Positions 58,542 through 64,000 of a stretch of 64,000 bases of DNA are shown here, one piece after another. Origin of the DNA: Pelomyxa schiedti (taxonomy: Eukaryota; Protista; Evosea); NCBI GenBank assembly GCA_020536535.1, contig JAHLWZ010000508.1, positions 27,025-91,024 of the forward strand, written 5' to 3'. The position numbers and the translations under genes were made by a program. Every line of letters starts with the position of its first letter. Position 1 is the stretch's first letter. The notes beneath the pieces are model-generated. The model saw only the letters and a list, made by a program, of their open reading frames with translations. It did not search any database and was not told where the DNA came from.

Positions 58542-59792
58542 ATGGCAGCTTCGTCGTCGTGTGAGGGGGGCGAGGAGCACAGCGCGGCCGAGTACGCGTC
58601 GTACTACGTGCAGTGCGGGGCCTCGCTGAGCCTCATCAACGCTGCACACGAGACCGTGAGGCTCGTGCTGGCCCCAGTCGGCGGCGCAGTTTGTTCTTGT
58701 GAGGTCACGGCGATGACGTCATCCGCGCCGACGTCATCATCGGCGGCGGCAACTGCAAATGTTGGTACTGCTACTGGGGCTAGTGGGAGCACCTGTTCTA
58801 GTTCTGGTGCCATGGCAACTGGCTGCACACCGTGGAAGGCATTGATTGTATCTGACTTGCATTTGTCAATGGGGGTATGTGCCTGACCTAATTGTTTGGT
58901 TGGTTGCTCCGTTGTTTATTCTTTTCTTTTGAATGTGACCTAATGGAAATTGCAGAACGAATCGTACTTCCCAAGGCATGCACAAGTTCAGGTGGAGTTC
59001 TTGTAGAGTTTAAAGTTATACTCAAACGATTAACAGATGTTTGATACTCTCCGGACTGTTCTATCTGCAGAAAATCCCTCCGAGGTCTTTATACTGGGTG
59101 ATATCTTTCACTTCACCAATGATATCAACCCCGAGTGGGCTCTTGATACTGTAATAAGAATTAGCGAGTTATGCAGAAGAAAGATCACTATCATTGGAGG
59201 TGCTGTCCTTATCTCCTACTTCCGCTTTAGTCATATGTCACTGTAGGAAATCATGACAGGCACGTTTTTTCACAGTGGGGAGCCCAATGGTCCAACTTAC
59301 TCGCCGATTCAATCCGGATTTATGATACCAAATTTATTCACCTCTCATCTCCGCATCTCCGGAACGCCATCATTCTCACTCACGACGGTTTCTACCTTTT
59401 CCTACTAATTAATTGTGCGCGTTAATTTACATTCGCATTTACGTTCCACCGGACTTTATAATATTCCTGCAGGAGGCAACCCCCTGTGGTTGGACCCGGA
59501 TCAAAACAATATCTTCCTACTGGGACTGAGAGGAGCCAACGGCATACCTCCCAATGATATACTATGCACAGGACACATACACCCACAGACCAACCTGCTG
59601 AGCACACACAAAACAGCCTCAGTCGGCTCATGCACATCAAACGGCATGGCATTCCACTACGCTGTCATCACTACTGAGGATTCCAGTACCGGTGGGTCAT
59701 TCAGGCTCTGGCTCACTGATGCCGGCCGCTTGCAATCACACAGGCCATCCAACACCCTCTTCTTCTCAAACAACACTGAAAGCGGCCTATGA
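58542..59792 (+). CDS. Calcineurin-like metallophosphoesterase
   Basis: Ordered MPP motifs across exons: LIVSDLH, ILGDIF, G|GNHD, LTHDG, TGHIH. Confidence 0.8.
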
Positions 59793-59978
59793 CGAATATA
59801 TCCCCTCTTGCTTATGTACAAAATCCACAGAAATACTCCACAACCCTACGCAGAAAGGCGTAAAAAACAAAATAATTTTTAGGAGAAGTTCTTTTTCATT
59901 AGAATCAAAAACATTTAGTGGTGTACAAGGGAATAAGGAAGAGCTGTTTGATACTACATAGTTCTGTCTCCATCGCTA

Positions 59979-60976
59979 TCACAATCGCCCAGTTCTTCTT
60001 CTTTTGTTTGTCCTGGTCTTCCTCCTTTCTTTTTCCAGTTGTAAAGTGTACTGATCCTCACCCTGTGACCAACCCTCAGGCCACGGGTCACACAGAGTGC
60101 ATATTTCCCCCTCGTCCCTACATACATGCACATATATGTTAAAACTCTGACTTGGCAGGGTAGTGTAGTGCAGTGTACCTCTCTATGTCGCTCACGATGC
60201 ATGAGCCCCTACGGTTTGCGCCGGCACAGGACATGAACCCGGGCCCGCATTTATCTTCGTCGCACTGTAGGCATGTGTTGAGGCTCCCGTTTGGGTAAGT
60301 CGATGGACAGTCTTTGAGCTCACACTCCAGGCATGGTCCCAGGCAGTTCTCGTTGTCACACACAACGTTTTCGACCCAGCATGCTGTGCACTCCTCTGTG
60401 AATCCTATGTTTCTGCGGTGGTGAGCTCAATAATTTCTTATAATACATTATACAATAGCTAAGTAATACTTGTAGTAAAGTATGCTATGCCGCGCTCGTT
60501 TAAGAAAACCAAAGTTAATTACAAATGTGGCATTATTTTGGCATATATTACACTCCGGTTAGCACACAGGGTATACATACTGATTGAAGCATTCAGTGAC
60601 AGCTTCTTCGCTGAGGAAAATGAATGTGGCACACTGTTTCGAAGCCTCAGTGAGGTTATTCCTTGTAATGTTGTATATCCAAACATCGTTGTAATTGGAG
60701 CATGCACCACAGTGTCCACAATGCAACACTCCCGTTCCTGCACTGTGTGCTTCATCCTTTTATTTGTTTTTCTATGTCAGGCTGGAATTTGGAGATAGTA
60801 ACTACGAGTGGGTATGTGAAACATACAGCACAGTTGTAAGTCAATCCGTCGAACCCACAAACTGGGTGTTGGCAAGTATCATCCTTACCAATACATGCAA
60901 AAACCAGAATTCCAAAGAGGCCAAGCAAGAACACAACAGCCACAAGCAGGCCCACTACTACCATATTCTCCCTCAT
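59979..60976 (-). CDS. Cys-rich secreted protein, paralog A
   Basis: Hydrophobic N-terminus; CGFDGLTYNCA|DEAHSAGTGVLHCGHCGACSN...CWVENVVCDNENC...CLQCDEDKCGPGFMSCAGANRRGSCIVSDIER. Confidence 0.75.
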
Positions 60977-61164
60977 CGTTTTGGTGTTGTTGAGGTTGCT
61001 TTGGTTGTTGTTTTTTCGTTTTTGTTCAGATGGCTTTCTGGGAATTCTCGATTTCACATGTGAGGAAAAACGGTTGCTTCTTCCGTTTTTGTCGAAGGGA
61101 CAATGCCTTCTTCATTGATGATTCATTTCAAAACTTCATTTCCCAAAAAAACGTTGTGAAGGTG

Positions 61165-63302
61165 CTAGGGTAGCTTTTTTGTGCGTGGTTGTTCTTCACG
61201 CTTTGACATGCCCATTACAGCCGGGTCATCTTGTTCTTGCTCTTCAGTCACCTCTGACCAACCATCGGGCCATGTGTCACACAGTGTGCATATTTCGTCA
61301 TCATCCCTGTTGGGTGTTATTATGTCAAAGGCGGTGCTGCGCTGTAGTGTACCTCTCGATGTCACTCACGATGCATGAATCCCTCCTGTTCGCACCGGCA
61401 CATGAAATGAACCCAGGTCCGCAGATGTCTTCATCACACTGAAGGCACTTGTTGAGGCTCCCGTTGGGGTAGTTGTGTGGGCAGTGCTCTATTTCGCATT
61501 CAATGCATGGAATGAGACAGTTCTCATTGTCACACACAACGTTTTCAACCCAGCATTCTGTGCATGCATCGGTAAACCCAACATGCCTAGTGCGGTANNN
61601 NNNNNNNNNNNNNNNNNNNNNNNNNNNNNNNNNNNNNNNNNNNNNNNNNNNNNNNNNNNNNNNNNNNNNNNNNNNNNNNNNNNNNNNNNNNNNNNNNTTC
61701 TCAGAACGCGGATCTCCTCGCGCAGCTGGGTCGCGACGGCGGGGTCCTCGCCCTTCCCCCCGCGCTCGGTCAGCCACACCGCGCACCGCTCCGCCACCAT
61801 GTCCTTGTCCTCCGCCGCAGCCACGACCGGCCCAGTGCCCGCGCCGACGGGGGGGCACACGCACGCCGCCGGCGGGTCCCCAGCCGCGGCCCCCGGCTGC
61901 CTCGTCGTGGCGGTGGTGCCGGCGGGCCCGGCGCCGCCGCGGCCGCCGCTGCCGGGGAGTAGTGCCATCTGGATGCACATGATGAGGGCCACTACCACGA
62001 CCAGGAGGAGGCACGCGCCCAGCCATTTCCTGAGCCAGCCACGGCCCCCTCCTCCTCGTGAGCTGTTCGCTGTCCTCATCATCAACATGGTGTTTATGCC
62101 ACTGATATTTCGAGGCTGCAAGGTTCACTTCGTTTTACGTGCTCCACGTGTACACGTACTCGTTTGTTCTTTAGGAGAATTGATGAAGGGAGAAATCTGA
62201 CAGTTTCACTTGAACTCTGAAGCATTGAGCACGTGAACACAGAGTATTCCAGTGCCAGAGAACAGTTGCGTCCCATTACCCAAGGCCAGGGGGTGAATTG
62301 TCCGTTTGGGAATGACAGGAAGAAACGTTCATTACCCGACAACAAACGTGCCAAAGGGCAGATCCCGATCCGCCGTGGAAAAGTAGAAGTAAAAGTCACA
62401 ATAAAATGAGGGCGGTGGTTTGTGTCGTAGTGGTTGTGGTGGTTGGTTGTGTGCTAGGACAGACTTGTGAGGACTCTGTTTGTGGATTTGACGGAATCAC
62501 TTACAACTGTGCTGTGCGTTCATCCCCTTTTTTTTTCGTTCCTACGCGTTTTGTTGCGTATTACGTTATACTGCTTTATATTTAAAACATTGTTTGTTGT
62601 TAATCAAGAAACCCCAAAAAAACCAATGAGAAAACCGAAGCTGATGTGCCCTGTATTGTCCCGTCTCCTAACAGTTCATGCTACACACAAGTGAGTGGTA
62701 GAAACTTTTGGTGTTGTGGAGTGGGCAGTGCTCTATTTCGCATTCAATGCATGGAATGAGACAGTTCTCATTGTCACACACAACGTTTTCAACCCAGCAT
62801 TCTGTGCATGCATCGGTAAACCCAACATGCCTAGTGCGGTATGTTAATGTCATGACGGAACAAATCAAGAAGCACACTCGTTGAAGCAGCGAGTCACAGC
62901 GTCCTCGCCAAGGAATATGAGAGCGGCACACTTTGTTGACGTTTCCGTCAGGTTGTTCCTTGTCACATTGTAGATCCAAATGTCGTGATAGTTAGAGCAT
63001 GCTCCGCACGTTCCGCAATGCAATACTCCCGTTCCTGCACTGTGTGCTTCATCCTTTATTTTTATTGGTTTTTTTGGGTTTTTTTTTGATTCGAACAACA
63101 AACAACGTTTTAAATTTTAAGCTTTAAAGGAACTATGTACGCAATAAAACGCGTAGGAACGAAGGGAAAAAAAAGAAGGGGATGAACGCACAGCACAGTT
63201 GTAAGTGATTCCGTCAAATCCGCAAACGGAGTCCTCACAGGTCTGTCCTAACACACAACCAGCCACCACAACCACTACTACTGCACAAACCACCTCCCTC
63301 AT
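61165..63302 (-). CDS. Cys-rich secreted protein, paralog B; 5' half at 62720-63302 and 3' half at 61165-61597, interrupted by a probably misplaced segment (61598-62719)
   Basis: MREVVCAVVVVVVAGCVLGQTCEDSVCGFDGITYNCA|DEAHSAGTGVLHCGTCGACSN... continues with RHVGFTDACTECW, which is duplicated at 61477-61597 and 62720-62840, then CLQCDEDICGPGFISCAGANRRDSCIVSDIER. Confidence 0.65.
61598..61697. other. Scaffold gap (100 N) whose duplicated flank is displaced by ~1.1 kb
   Basis: 61477-61597 reappears at 62720-62840 rather than directly after the gap. Confidence 0.9.
62406..62700 (+). pseudogene. 5' fragment of a third Cys-rich paralog or allele inside the inverted segment
   Basis: MRAVVCVVVVVVVGCVLGQTCEDSVCGFDGITYNCA followed by an intron homologous to that of paralog B. 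No 3' half follows on this strand. Confidence 0.45.
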
Positions 63303-63612
63303 TTTAATTATGACTTTTACTTGTACTTTTCCACGGAGCGGGATCTGCCCTTTGGCTAGTTTGTTGCCCGTCAATGAACCTTTCTTCCTGTCATTCCCAA
63401 AACGACAACTCACCCTCAGGCTTGTGTAATGCGAAGCAGCTGTTCTCAGGCACTGGGATACTCTGTTTACTTGTCACACTGCTCAATACTGCGGCGTTCG
63501 AAGGGATTACATCTTCATCAATTCTCCGAAACAACAAAACGAGTACGGCACACGTGGCGCACGTAAAACGAAGTGAACCTTGCAGCCCAGAAATAGCAGT
63601 GGCATAAACACC

Positions 63613-64000
63613 ATGTTGATGATGAGGACAGCGAACAGCTCACGGGGAGGAGGGGGTGGTGGCTGGCTCAGGAAATGGCTGGGCGCGTGCCTCCTCCTGG
63701 TCGTGGTAGTGGCCCTCATCATGTGCATCCAGATGGCACTACTCCCCGGCAGCGCCGGCCGCGACGGTGCCGGGCCCGCCGGCACCACCACGACGAGGCA
63801 GCCGGGGGCCGCGGCTGGGGACCCGCCGGCGGCGTGCGTGTGCCCCCCCGTCGGCGCGGGCACGGGGCCGGCGGTGGCGGCGGCGGAGGACAAGGACATG
63901 GTGGCGGAGCGGTGCGCGGTGTGGCTGACCGAGCGCGGGGGGAAGGGCGAGGACCCCGCCGTCGCGACCCAGCTGCGCGAGGAGATCCGCGTTCTGAGAA
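63613..64000 (+). CDS. Type II membrane protein, 5' part (truncated by the window end); near-identical inverted copy on the minus strand at 61698-62088
   Basis: MLMMRTANSSRGGGGGWLRKWLGACLLLVVVVALIMCIQMALL: short basic tail, single TM and stem, a topology typical of Golgi-type enzymes. Head-to-head with Cys-rich paralog B. Confidence 0.6.
   Translation, partial: MLMMRTANSSRGGGGGGWLRKWLGACLLLVVVVALIMCIQMALLPGSAGRDGAGPAGTTTTRQPGAAAGDPPAACVCPPVGAGTGPAVAAAEDKDMVAERCAVWLTERGGKGEDPAVATQLREEIRVLR

Larger units (their letters stand above)
61698..64000. repeat. Inverted duplication: left arm ~61698-62635, right arm ~63063-64000
   Basis: The reverse complement of 64000 downward matches 61698 upward almost exactly in the outer part (ttctcagaacgcggatctcctcgcg...). 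The inner parts are visibly more diverged. Confidence 0.9.

Noticed and set aside
61598-62719. Apparent mobile element or insertion with target-site duplication interrupting Cys-rich paralog B
   Set aside because: The 'TSD' is the same ~120-bp gap-overlap seen at the other gaps, and the insert is an inverted copy of 63063-64000 with no transposase or terminal repeats. Misplacement of an allelic or paralogous contig is more parsimonious.
1-64000. CRISPR arrays, rRNA genes, transposase or reverse transcriptase ORFs
   Set aside because: None were seen. The short repeats present are microsatellite-like coding tracts or assembly overlaps.

Overview
Gene-dense eukaryotic genomic DNA with short (mostly 41-55 nt) GT-AG introns, GC/CpG-rich first exons and five 100-N scaffold gaps. 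Intron size, low-complexity N-termini and an expanded intronless 'ARxQxxAL...CG..SP...GRxWVV...VSPTLGVV' family resemble the anaerobic amoeba Pelomyxa (Archamoebae); this is inference, not verified. All gene models were spliced by hand from the sequence. The main feature is a >14.9 kb minus-strand gene running off the left edge: TM anchor-FAAL-ACP-[KS-AT-DH-KR-ACP]-[KS-AT-DH-ER-KR...], a modular type I polyketide synthase of >=4786 aa. An MmpL-type RND transporter lies about 40 kb away. Other genes, left to right: phosphomannomutase, DUS1, a PRAS40/AKT1S1-like protein with a TOS motif, a secreted DUF1868 2H-phosphoesterase, an ankyrin-RBR E3 ligase fused to a CBM20-like domain, NUB1, a PTS2-bearing 2,4-diaminopentanoate/amine dehydrogenase-like enzyme, two intronless family paralogs, VAMP7, a PARP with an H-Y-Q triad, a pseudokinase-SH2 protein, an SMS/IPC synthase, a TKL kinase-RhoGAP fusion, a metallophosphoesterase, several hypothetical genes, and duplicated Cys-rich secreted proteins in a probably misassembled inverted duplication at the right end.
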